Below, piece by piece: positions 37,553-45,635 of a stretch of DNA of 45,635 bases. The DNA comes from Oricola sp. (GTDB lineage: Bacteria; Pseudomonadota; Alphaproteobacteria; Rhizobiales; Rhizobiaceae). The stretch is from assembly GCA_049288075.1 (NCBI GenBank), contig JBAQHA010000523.1, positions 1-45,635 on the forward strand, read 5' to 3'. Under the pieces are notes generated by a model. The model made no database searches. It was not told the DNA's origin and saw only the letters and a program-made list of their open reading frames with translations. Every line of letters begins with the position of its first letter. The first letter of the stretch is position 1. Position numbers and translations under genes: made by a program.

Positions 37553-38460
37553 ACACCAATCGTCTGACAATCATCGGCATACTGGTCGCGATCGTGCTGG
37601 TCACGGTCTATGCCTCAATCTTCGTCGTCAACGCGCGCCAGCAGGCGATCGTGTTGCGGTTCGGCGAAATCCAGGACGTGAAGACCGAGCCCGGCCTCTA
37701 CTTCAAGGCGCCGTTCGCCTTCGCCGGTTTCGACACGGTGCAGATCATCGAAGATCGCCTGCTGCGCCTCGATCTGATGGATCAGCCGCCGGTGCAGGTC
37801 TCGGGCGGCCGTTTCTACGAGGTCGACGCCTTCCTCATCTTCAGGATCACCGATGCGCGCAGGTTCCGCGAAACGGTTTCGGGCGACCTGACGTCGGCCG
37901 CCGCCCGGTTGCGGACCCGCTTCGACGCGGCGCTGCGCCGTATCTACGGCCTGCGCTCCTTCGAGGCCGCGCTGTCGGCGGAACGCGCGGAAATGATGCG
38001 CGAAGTGCGCGACCTGATTCGCCCGGACGCGCAGTCGCTCGGGCTGACGGTCGAGGACGTGCGCATCGTGCGCACCGACCTGACAGCGGAGGTTTCGCAG
38101 CAGACATTCGACCGCATGAAGGCCGAACGCCTGGCCGAAGCAGAGCGCATCCGTGCCCGCGGACGCGAAACGGCGAGCCGCATTCGCGCCGTCGCCGACC
38201 GCCAGGTCGTCGAAACCGTCTCCGAAGCGCGGCGCGAGTCCGAAATCCTGCGCGGCGAGGGCGACGCGAAGCGCAACAAGATCTTTGCCGACGCCTTCAG
38301 CGCCGATCCGGCGTTCTTCGAGTTCTACCGCTCGATGGCCGCCTATCAGCGGGCGCTGGAGAACTCGGGCACGACGATGGTGTTGTCGCCGAACTCGGAG
38401 TTCTTCCGGTTCTTCAGGAACGCGGACGGCGAACCGCCTGTCGCGGCTCCTGCCCAGTAG
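37549..38460 (+). CDS. hflC: FtsH protease modulator HflC
   Basis: SPFH domain: QAIVLRFG, EPGLYFK, RMKAER, FFEFYRSM; ATGA overlap with hflK. Confidence 0.96.
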   Translation: MNTNRLTIIGILVAIVLVTVYASIFVVNARQQAIVLRFGEIQDVKTEPGLYFKAPFAFAGFDTVQIIEDRLLRLDLMDQPPVQVSGGRFYEVDAFLIFRITDARRFRETVSGDLTSAAARLRTRFDAALRRIYGLRSFEAALSAERAEMMREVRDLIRPDAQSLGLTVEDVRIVRTDLTAEVSQQTFDRMKAERLAEAERIRARGRETASRIRAVADRQVVETVSEARRESEILRGEGDAKRNKIFADAFSADPAFFEFYRSMAAYQRALENSGTTMVLSPNSEFFRFFRNADGEPPVAAPAQ

Positions 38461-38469
38461 GCGTCTCAT

Positions 38470-38658
38470 ATGGCGCTGTTCCTTACGGCCCTCGGTCTCA
38501 TGCTGGTGATCGAGGGCTTCTTCTACGGCGGCATTCCGCCGTTCGCGAAGAAGATGGCGGCCATGTTGCTGCAGACGCCGGACGAGTATCTGCGCAGGGC
38601 GGGGCTCGTCGCGGCCATCGCAGGCCTGTCGCTGATCTGGCTGGCGCACTACGTTTGA
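38470..38658 (+). CDS. DUF2065-family small membrane protein
   Basis: ALGLMLVIEG...P...LRRAGL; usual position after hflC. Confidence 0.85.
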   Translation: MALFLTALGLMLVIEGFFYGGIPPFAKKMAAMLLQTPDEYLRRAGLVAAIAGLSLIWLAHYV

Positions 38659-38802
38659 GCCGGGTCCCATTTCACAAAGCGGCCACGCTCGTCACTTATG
38701 CGTGAGTTTCGCTTTGTGCGCGGGGCGGCGCGCTTTATGTTCCGCAAACGAGTGAACGACCGGAACGCATGCCGGCGCGCGTCATCCCATGGAGGAATTC
38801 CG

Positions 38803-40311
38803 ATGACACTGGACACCCTTGCCCTGAAAACGTCGCGGCTGGCCCGTGCGGCCACCCTGTCGCTGGCGGTCGCCGTTCCGGCGCTCGCAACGACGGGCGC
38901 GTTCGTTTCGCCCGCCAGGGCGCAGGAAGGTCCGGTCTCGGTCGCCGACCTGTCGGCGCGACTGGTCGATTCAGTCGTCAACATTTCCACATCCCAGACC
39001 GTCGGCGGCGACGACAGCAAGGTGCCGCCGCCCCAGGTGCCGGAAGGCTCGCCCTTCCAGGAATTCTTCGACGAGTTCTTCGACGAGCAACAGAACGGCA
39101 CGGCGCCGCGCTCGCATCAGGTGCAGTCGCTCGGCTCCGGTTTCGTCGTCGACGCGGCCGGTATCGTCGTCACCAACAACCACGTCATCGAGGGCGCCGA
39201 CGAGGTCAGCGTCAATTTCAACGACGGAACGACGATCAAGGCCGAGATCATCGGCCACGATCCGAAGACCGACATCGCGGTGCTGAAGATCGATCCGGGA
39301 GCCAAGGTGCTGAAGCCGGTGCCGTTCGGCGATTCCACCGAGATGCGGGTGGGCGACTGGGTTCTGGCGATCGGCAATCCGTTCGGGCTCGGCGGAACGG
39401 TGACGCTCGGAATCGTCTCGGCGATCGGGCGCGACATCAAGTCCGGCCCCTATGACAATTACATCCAGACCGACGCCGCCATCAACCGCGGCAACTCCGG
39501 CGGCCCGCTGTTCAACATGAAGGGCGAGGTCATCGGCATCAACACGGCGATCATCTCGCCGTCGGGCGGTTCCATCGGCATCGGCTTCTCGATTCCGACC
39601 GATCTTGCCGAAGGCGTGATCTCGCAGTTGGTGCAGTTCGGCGAGACGCGGCGCGGCTGGCTCGGCGTGCGCATCCAGGCGGTGACCGCAGACATCGCCG
39701 AAAGCCTCGGCATGAAGGACGCCAAGGGCGCGCTGGTGGCCGGCGTGGTCAAGGGCGGCCCGGTCGACGACGGCTCGATCCAGCCAGGCGACGTGATCGT
39801 CGAGTTCGGCGGCAAGGAAGTGAGCGACATGCGGCAGTTGCCGCGCATCGTCGCCGACCAACCTGTCGGCAAGGAAGTCGACGTGACGCTGATCCGCAAG
39901 GGCGAGCGGATGACCGTGAAGATCACGCTCGGCCGGCTGGAGGATAGCGAAGACCTCGCCATGGCGCAGGACGACGAAGACAACGCCGCGCCGGCGGACG
40001 AGACGGAGACGATCGATCTCTACGGCATGAAACTGGCCGCGCTGGACGATACGCAGCGCGAAGCCTTCGGAATCGACGAGAGCGTCGAGAACGGCGTCAT
40101 CATCGTGGAAGTCGCGCCGGATTCGCCGGCGGCGGACGAAGGCATCCAGTCGGGTGAGGTGATCGTCGAGATCGCGCAGGAAACGGTTACGACACCGCAA
40201 GAGGTCTCCGACGCCATCGCCAAGCTGAAAGAGGAAAACCGGCGCAACGCGCTGTTCATGCTCTCCTCGAAGACCGGCGAACTGCGTTTCGCGACGCTGC
40301 CGCTCGACTGA
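38803..40311 (+). CDS. DegP/DegQ (Do/HtrA) serine endoprotease with two PDZ domains
   Basis: SLGSGF, TNNHV, TDIAV, TDAAINRGNSGGP; GGAGG RBS. Confidence 0.96.
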   Translation: MTLDTLALKTSRLARAATLSLAVAVPALATTGAFVSPARAQEGPVSVADLSARLVDSVVNISTSQTVGGDDSKVPPPQVPEGSPFQEFFDEFFDEQQNGTAPRSHQVQSLGSGFVVDAAGIVVTNNHVIEGADEVSVNFNDGTTIKAEIIGHDPKTDIAVLKIDPGAKVLKPVPFGDSTEMRVGDWVLAIGNPFGLGGTVTLGIVSAIGRDIKSGPYDNYIQTDAAINRGNSGGPLFNMKGEVIGINTAIISPSGGSIGIGFSIPTDLAEGVISQLVQFGETRRGWLGVRIQAVTADIAESLGMKDAKGALVAGVVKGGPVDDGSIQPGDVIVEFGGKEVSDMRQLPRIVADQPVGKEVDVTLIRKGERMTVKITLGRLEDSEDLAMAQDDEDNAAPADETETIDLYGMKLAALDDTQREAFGIDESVENGVIIVEVAPDSPAADEGIQSGEVIVEIAQETVTTPQEVSDAIAKLKEENRRNALFMLSSKTGELRFATLPLD

Positions 40312-40334
40312 CGGGGATATCCGCGACGCATTCG

Positions 40335-40359
40335 AAAGGGCGGCTAATCGCCGCCCTTT
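40335..40359. terminator. Probable bidirectional terminator between convergent degP and GNAT genes
   Basis: Perfect 10-bp stem aaagggcggc-taatc-gccgcccttt overlapping the GNAT stop codon. Confidence 0.6.
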
Positions 40360-40916
40360 GTCATTTCCCATTCCTGTGCCGTCATCCGATAGCAGACGTG
40401 GCGCTTCATGTGAGGATGGGTGTCGGGAATCGTGTCATATTCGAAATCGCTCGACGGATCGCGCCTGAGGCCTATGCGCTTCATCACCGCGGTGGAGCGG
40501 CGATTGTCATGGACGGCGAAGGAGACGATCTCGGGCAGGCCGAGTTCCTCGAAGCCGTAGCGAAGGGCCGCAATCGCAGCCTCGGTGGCGTAGCCCTTGC
40601 CCCAGGCGCGCCGCGCCAGCCGCCAGCCGATCTCGACGGTTCCGGGCGGGAAGTGCGGCTCGATGGTGCATTCGTGCAAGCCGCAGAAGCCGATGCAATC
40701 GCCGGTCCGCTTGAGTTCGACTGCCTGGAAGGTGATCTTGGTCTCCTGGTCGTCGAGCATGCGGTCGAAGAACTCGTCCGCCTCCTCGCGATTGCGCCGG
40801 AACGGAAAGAACGCCATCACCTCCGGGTCGGAATTGATCTCGAAGAACAGGTCGCGGTCGCGCTCTTCCCAGGGGCGCAGGACCAGCCGCTCCGTTTCGA
40901 GGCGCGGCGTCCTCAC
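40344..40916 (-). CDS. RimJ/RimL-type GNAT acetyltransferase
   Basis: LETERLVLRPW, EIGWRL, WGKGYATEAA, N-x-RSTAVMKRIG; GTGA overlap with the serB stop. Confidence 0.9.
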   Translation of the reverse strand: MRTPRLETERLVLRPWEERDRDLFFEINSDPEVMAFFPFRRNREEADEFFDRMLDDQETKITFQAVELKRTGDCIGFCGLHECTIEPHFPPGTVEIGWRLARRAWGKGYATEAAIAALRYGFEELGLPEIVSFAVHDNRRSTAVMKRIGLRRDPSSDFEYDTIPDTHPHMKRHVCYRMTAQEWEMTKGGD

Positions 40917-41815
40917 CGCACGAACTCGTCGCGGCGATAACCCTGGATGTAGAGCAGGGCGGTCAGGTCGTTGTGGTCGATGCGGATGTCGGCCTGGGCG
41001 GCGACGGAGGGCTTGGCATGCAGCGCGACGCCGGTGCCGGCAAGTTCCAGCATGGTGAGGTCGTTGGCGCCGTCGCCGACGGCGATGGCGTCGGCCGGGG
41101 TGAGGTTCAGCCGGGTGGCGATGTCGCGCAGCGCGTCGGCCTTGGCCTGGCGGCCGAGGATCGGCTCGGCGACCTCGCCGACCAGTACGCCGCCCTCCTG
41201 CAACAGGCGGTTGGCGCGGTTTTCCTGGAAACCGATCATCTCCGCGATGCGGCCGGTGAAATCGGTGAAGCCGCCGGAGACGAGCGCGCACCAGGCGCCG
41301 TGCGCCTTCATGGTGCGGACCAGTTCCGGACCGCCCGGCATCAGTTCGATGCGGGTGGCGATGACGTGGTCGATGACGCTCGATGGCAGGCCCTTCAGCA
41401 GCGCGACCCGCTCGCGCAGCGCGCCCTCGAAGCCGATCTCGCCGTTCATGGCGCGCGCGGTGATCGAGGCGACGTATGCGCCGACCCCGGCCTCGTCGGC
41501 GAGTTCGTCGATGCATTCCTGCCGTATCATGGTGGAATCCATGTCGGCGATCAGGATCTTCTTGCGGCGGTCCTCGGGCGCAAGCGTCTGGATGGCGAAG
41601 TCGATGGCAAGGCCGTGAAGGCGAAGGACGAGGTCCTGCGCCAGGGTCGCGCTGTCGTCGCTGGTCAGCGGGTTCTCCAGCACGATGTCGACGGCTTCAC
41701 CCTCGGCGAGCCAGTCGACATGAGCGCCGGCAAGCGGGGCCTCGACGGATCGGACGAGGTCCGGCGCCAGCGCGCCGCGGGCCGTATTGGCAATCAGAGT
41801 GACGATCGTTTTCAT
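40913..41815 (-). CDS. serB: Phosphoserine phosphatase
   Basis: HAD motif DMDST, ECIDELA, LVSGGF, VGDGANDL, AKP. Confidence 0.95.
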   Translation of the reverse strand: MKTIVTLIANTARGALAPDLVRSVEAPLAGAHVDWLAEGEAVDIVLENPLTSDDSATLAQDLVLRLHGLAIDFAIQTLAPEDRRKKILIADMDSTMIRQECIDELADEAGVGAYVASITARAMNGEIGFEGALRERVALLKGLPSSVIDHVIATRIELMPGGPELVRTMKAHGAWCALVSGGFTDFTGRIAEMIGFQENRANRLLQEGGVLVGEVAEPILGRQAKADALRDIATRLNLTPADAIAVGDGANDLTMLELAGTGVALHAKPSVAAQADIRIDHNDLTALLYIQGYRRDEFVR

Positions 41816-41852
41816 CGGGGTTAGAAGCACAGTGCCTGTTGGGAGAAATTAA

Positions 41853-42743
41853 GTGAAGAGCGAGGACGAAATCCGGCGTGCCGTGTTGATAGCGGGACCG
41901 ACCGCGAGCGGCAAGTCGGCCTTTGCGCTGCGCAAGGCCGAGGAGACCGGAGGCGTCATCGTCAACGCGGATTCGATGCAGGTCTACGACGTGCTGCGCG
42001 TCCTCACCGCGAGACCTTCCGAAGAGGAACTGGCGCGGGCGCCGCACCGGCTCTACGGCCACGTCCCTCCGGGCGAGACCTATTCGACGGGGCGCTGGCT
42101 GGGCGACGTGCGCGGCGTGATGGCCGATCCGGCGATCGCCGAACGGGCGCTGATCTTCGTCGGCGGCACCGGGCTCTATTTCCGCGCGCTGACGCAGGGC
42201 CTGTCGCCGATGCCGGCGATCCCCGACCCGGTGCGGACGCGTTGGCGCTACCAGCTCGCCGAGCAGGGAGCCGAGAAACTGCACCGGATCCTCCGGCGCG
42301 AGGACCCGAAAGGCGCGATGGCGATCCGGGCCGCCGACGGGCAGCGGATCGTGCGGGCGCTGGAGGTGCTGGAAGTCTCGGGGCGGCCGATTTCGTCGTG
42401 GCAGGCGGAGGCGGGCCAGGGGCTGATCGACGAAGGGCGCGCGGAACGCTTCGTCATCCTCCCGGAACGCGAGGTTCTCTATCGCAATATCGAGCGCCGG
42501 CTGGACCGGATGGCGGCGGAGGGGGCTCTCGACGAGGTGGAGAGGCTGCTGAAGTTGAATCTCGATCCGGCCATGCCGGCGATGAAGGCTATCGGCGTGC
42601 GCGAGTTCGCCGCCGTGCTGGATGGCTCCATGGCGATCGGGGAGGCGCTGGAGCAGGCCAAGACCGCGACGCGGCAATACGCGAAGCGGCAGATGACCTG
42701 GTTTCGCAACCAGTTGGGCGAGGGCTGGAACGTCATCGGCTGA
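41853..42743 (+). CDS. miaA: tRNA dimethylallyltransferase
   Basis: GPTASGKS, NADSMQVY, VGGTGLY, TRQYAKRQMTW. Confidence 0.96.
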   Translation: MKSEDEIRRAVLIAGPTASGKSAFALRKAEETGGVIVNADSMQVYDVLRVLTARPSEEELARAPHRLYGHVPPGETYSTGRWLGDVRGVMADPAIAERALIFVGGTGLYFRALTQGLSPMPAIPDPVRTRWRYQLAEQGAEKLHRILRREDPKGAMAIRAADGQRIVRALEVLEVSGRPISSWQAEAGQGLIDEGRAERFVILPEREVLYRNIERRLDRMAAEGALDEVERLLKLNLDPAMPAMKAIGVREFAAVLDGSMAIGEALEQAKTATRQYAKRQMTWFRNQLGEGWNVIG

Positions 42744-42848
42744 GGTTTTACCGCCGAATGTATCGGTAAGCGCAAATTTGCCGATTGGAATTAACGTTGG
42801 GGCAACCGTGGCCCCGTAAGCTTTTCCCATCAGGTTGGTGGGTAATAC

Positions 42849-43616
<768 letters not shown>

Positions 43617-43793
43617 GGCGTCTTCCCGCCGACCTGCAACGAGCCGGTTTCGGGGCGGCGCCGTTCGACCATGCGTCGGCCGACAGCCCCACGCTCGGGG
43701 TCCCGCAGATGCATCAGGCGCGCCGCGAACAATCGGGAAAAGGCACTGAATGGACGCGGGTTGCCCGTCGCGTCCCGACATGGTCGAGACGTT

Positions 43794-45635
43794 CTACTTG
43801 CGGAACCGGTTGATCAGATCGCGTGTCGCGCGCACTTCTTCCGGGCTCATCGTAACGGGAGCGGGCTCGGCGGCCGACGACCGCGCAAAACGGTCGCGGC
43901 CGGATCGCAGGGACGCTTCCTCACTGAACAGGTTCGCGAGTTCGGCCTCGTTCACGCCCGTGTTGTAGAGGCGCGGCTGCGGCGCGGCGAGCGGCGGAGC
44001 CGGGATGCTGGGGCGCTGGTCGCCGACCTTGTATTCGCCGAGCGGCTGCTTGATCCCCGCGCTGCCGGCGAAATCGTCGTCGTAGCCGGCGCCGTCGCCA
44101 CCGCGCGGAAACCGCATCTTCTGGATGACATCGGCGACATCGACGCTGGAACTGCCGGTCTGCACCTGGGCCTGCTCGTCATAGAGATGGTTGCCCGGCA
44201 GCCGTTCGGAGCGCACGGTCTCGAACATCATGCGCATCGGCGTCGAAACGCCCTGACCGAAGGCGATGGCCTCGCGGTTCGAGAGCGACGGCAGGAAGTT
44301 GATCGCCGAACGCGACGAGCCGGCAATCGCCTTGCGCATGATCTCCTGGTCGCGCTCGTTGCCGAGACGCATGGAGAAGAAGGTGTTGCACTGGGACAGG
44401 ATCGTCTCGTCCAGTTCGCCGGGTCGCTGCGTGACGATGCCGAGATAGACGCCGTATTTGCGGCCTTCCTTGGCGATACGCGCAATGGCGGAACGCGTCG
44501 GCTGGAAACCGGCGGTCTGGTCGGCGGGGATGTAGCGGTGCGCCTCCTCGCAGACGACCAGGGTCTGGATCTTCGACCGGCTCCAGATGGCGAGATCGAA
44601 TGCCAGGCGGCAGAGCACCGAGGCGACCGAGTTGACCACTTCCGACGGCATTCCGCTCATCTGGAACGCAGTGATCGGCTTGCCGTTGGCGGGCACACGG
44701 AAAATCGTCGAAACGACTTCAGCGATGTTGTCGTCGATCGTCTTGTTGAGGAACATGAAGCGGTAGCGCGGATCGTTGACCGCTGCATCGATGCGGTTCT
44801 TCAGCGCCTTCAGGTGCGGGCGCTCGTTGCGCCCCTCCAGCATGCCGATGCGTTCCTCGATCAGCCGCAGCAGGTCGGAGATGCGATAGGGAACCGGCGT
44901 GTCCGAGGTGATCGACGTCGATTCCGGCAGCTTGCGCACGGTCGGCTGGTCGTTGCCCTTGAACTGCATCTTGGCGAGAGGGATCAATTCGCGCAGCGCA
45001 TCGACCTCTTCCGGGATGGCCGGCCGGCCGCGGAACAGCACCTCGGCGAATTCCTCGAGTCGGAACATCCAGAACGGCAGGTCCAGATCGGAATCGTTGA
45101 TCGTGATCGCGAGGTCCGGGAAGGCGCAGGAGAACTCGTTGTGCGGATCGAGGATCAGGATGCGCACGTCCGGGCGCGCCTCGACGATCTTGCGCAGCAG
45201 CAGCGTGACGGCGGTCGACTTGCCGACGCCGGTGGTGCCGACAACGGCGAAGTGACGCGAGATCAGCGAGTCGATGGAAATCAGCGCAGGGATCTCGGTG
45301 TTCTGCGAGAGGCAGCCGACGGGAACGGCGCGCGCATCGTCATTCTCATAGATTGCGGCGAGGTCCCCGGTGCGAATGCGATGCGCGATGGCCCCGAGAT
45401 AGGGATAGGTCGAGATGCCGCCGGAGAAGTTGATCTCGCCGTTGTCGTCTTCGCGGATTTCGCCGACGAGTTCGACATGGATGTGGATCTCGTTCTGGCC
45501 CGTACTGTCCCAGTGGCCGATTTCGGGACCGGTATCGACCTTGTAGAGCATGCCGACGATGCGGTTGGCTCCGACCTGGATGGAAATCAGCTGGCCAACC
45601 GACCAATAGTCCATGCCGTCGGCGTCGTTCTGGCC
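43794..45635 (-). CDS. HerA-like ATPase (DUF87), N-terminus beyond the right edge
   Basis: GTTGVGKS Walker A, LDPHNEF, VCEEAH Walker B, KEGRKYG, VTQRP, SQCNT. The frame is open to the window end. Confidence 0.9.
   Translation of the reverse strand, partial: GQNDADGMDYWSVGQLISIQVGANRIVGMLYKVDTGPEIGHWDSTGQNEIHIHVELVGEIREDDNGEINFSGGISTYPYLGAIAHRIRTGDLAAIYENDDARAVPVGCLSQNTEIPALISIDSLISRHFAVVGTTGVGKSTAVTLLLRKIVEARPDVRILILDPHNEFSCAFPDLAITINDSDLDLPFWMFRLEEFAEVLFRGRPAIPEEVDALRELIPLAKMQFKGNDQPTVRKLPESTSITSDTPVPYRISDLLRLIEERIGMLEGRNERPHLKALKNRIDAAVNDPRYRFMFLNKTIDDNIAEVVSTIFRVPANGKPITAFQMSGMPSEVVNSVASVLCRLAFDLAIWSRSKIQTLVVCEEAHRYIPADQTAGFQPTRSAIARIAKEGRKYGVYLGIVTQRPGELDETILSQCNTFFSMRLGNERDQEIMRKAIAGSSRSAINFLPSLSNREAIAFGQGVSTPMRMMFETVRSERLPGNHLYDEQAQVQTGSSSVDVADVIQKMRFPRGGDGAGYDDDFAGSAGIKQPLGEYKVGDQRPSIPAPPLAAPQPRLYNTGVNEAELANLFSEEASLRSGRDRFARSSAAEPAPVTMSPEEVRATRDLINRFRK

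Noticed and set aside
41816..41852. Only 37 bp between divergent serB and miaA
   Set aside because: A compact head-to-head arrangement of housekeeping genes with nothing further to support special interest.

Overview
GC-rich alphaproteobacterial (Rhizobiales-like) chromosomal segment. The assignment rests on the permuted two-piece tmRNA with tag ANDNYAEARLAA and on the rhizobial-type gene order. Core genes are a partial uvrD/pcrA, sspB, ssrA, thyA, folA, hflK-hflC-DUF2065-degP, serB and miaA. Accessory genes are interspersed: a MobA/MobR-like hydroxybenzoate monooxygenase pair, ligAB placed between folA and hflK, three signalling genes (PAS-GGDEF-EAL, a five-PAS hybrid kinase, a membrane DGC), two stand-alone HerA-like ATPases and a ClC-CBS channel. 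There is also an uncharacterised cluster around a BTAD/TPR regulator, with two methyltransferases, a hydrolase, a secreted cupin, DUF3455 and a Cys-rich secreted protein carrying repeated RDHR motifs. The most unusual observations are a palindromic repeat read in frame inside uvrD, the BTAD cluster and its RDHR protein, a secreted DUF4424-like gene translationally coupled between thyA and folA, and an intergenic hairpin (sRNA candidate) next to CtrA-like boxes. I found no CRISPR array, rRNA, tRNA, transposase or integrase. All family calls come from motif recognition by eye; no database search was run.
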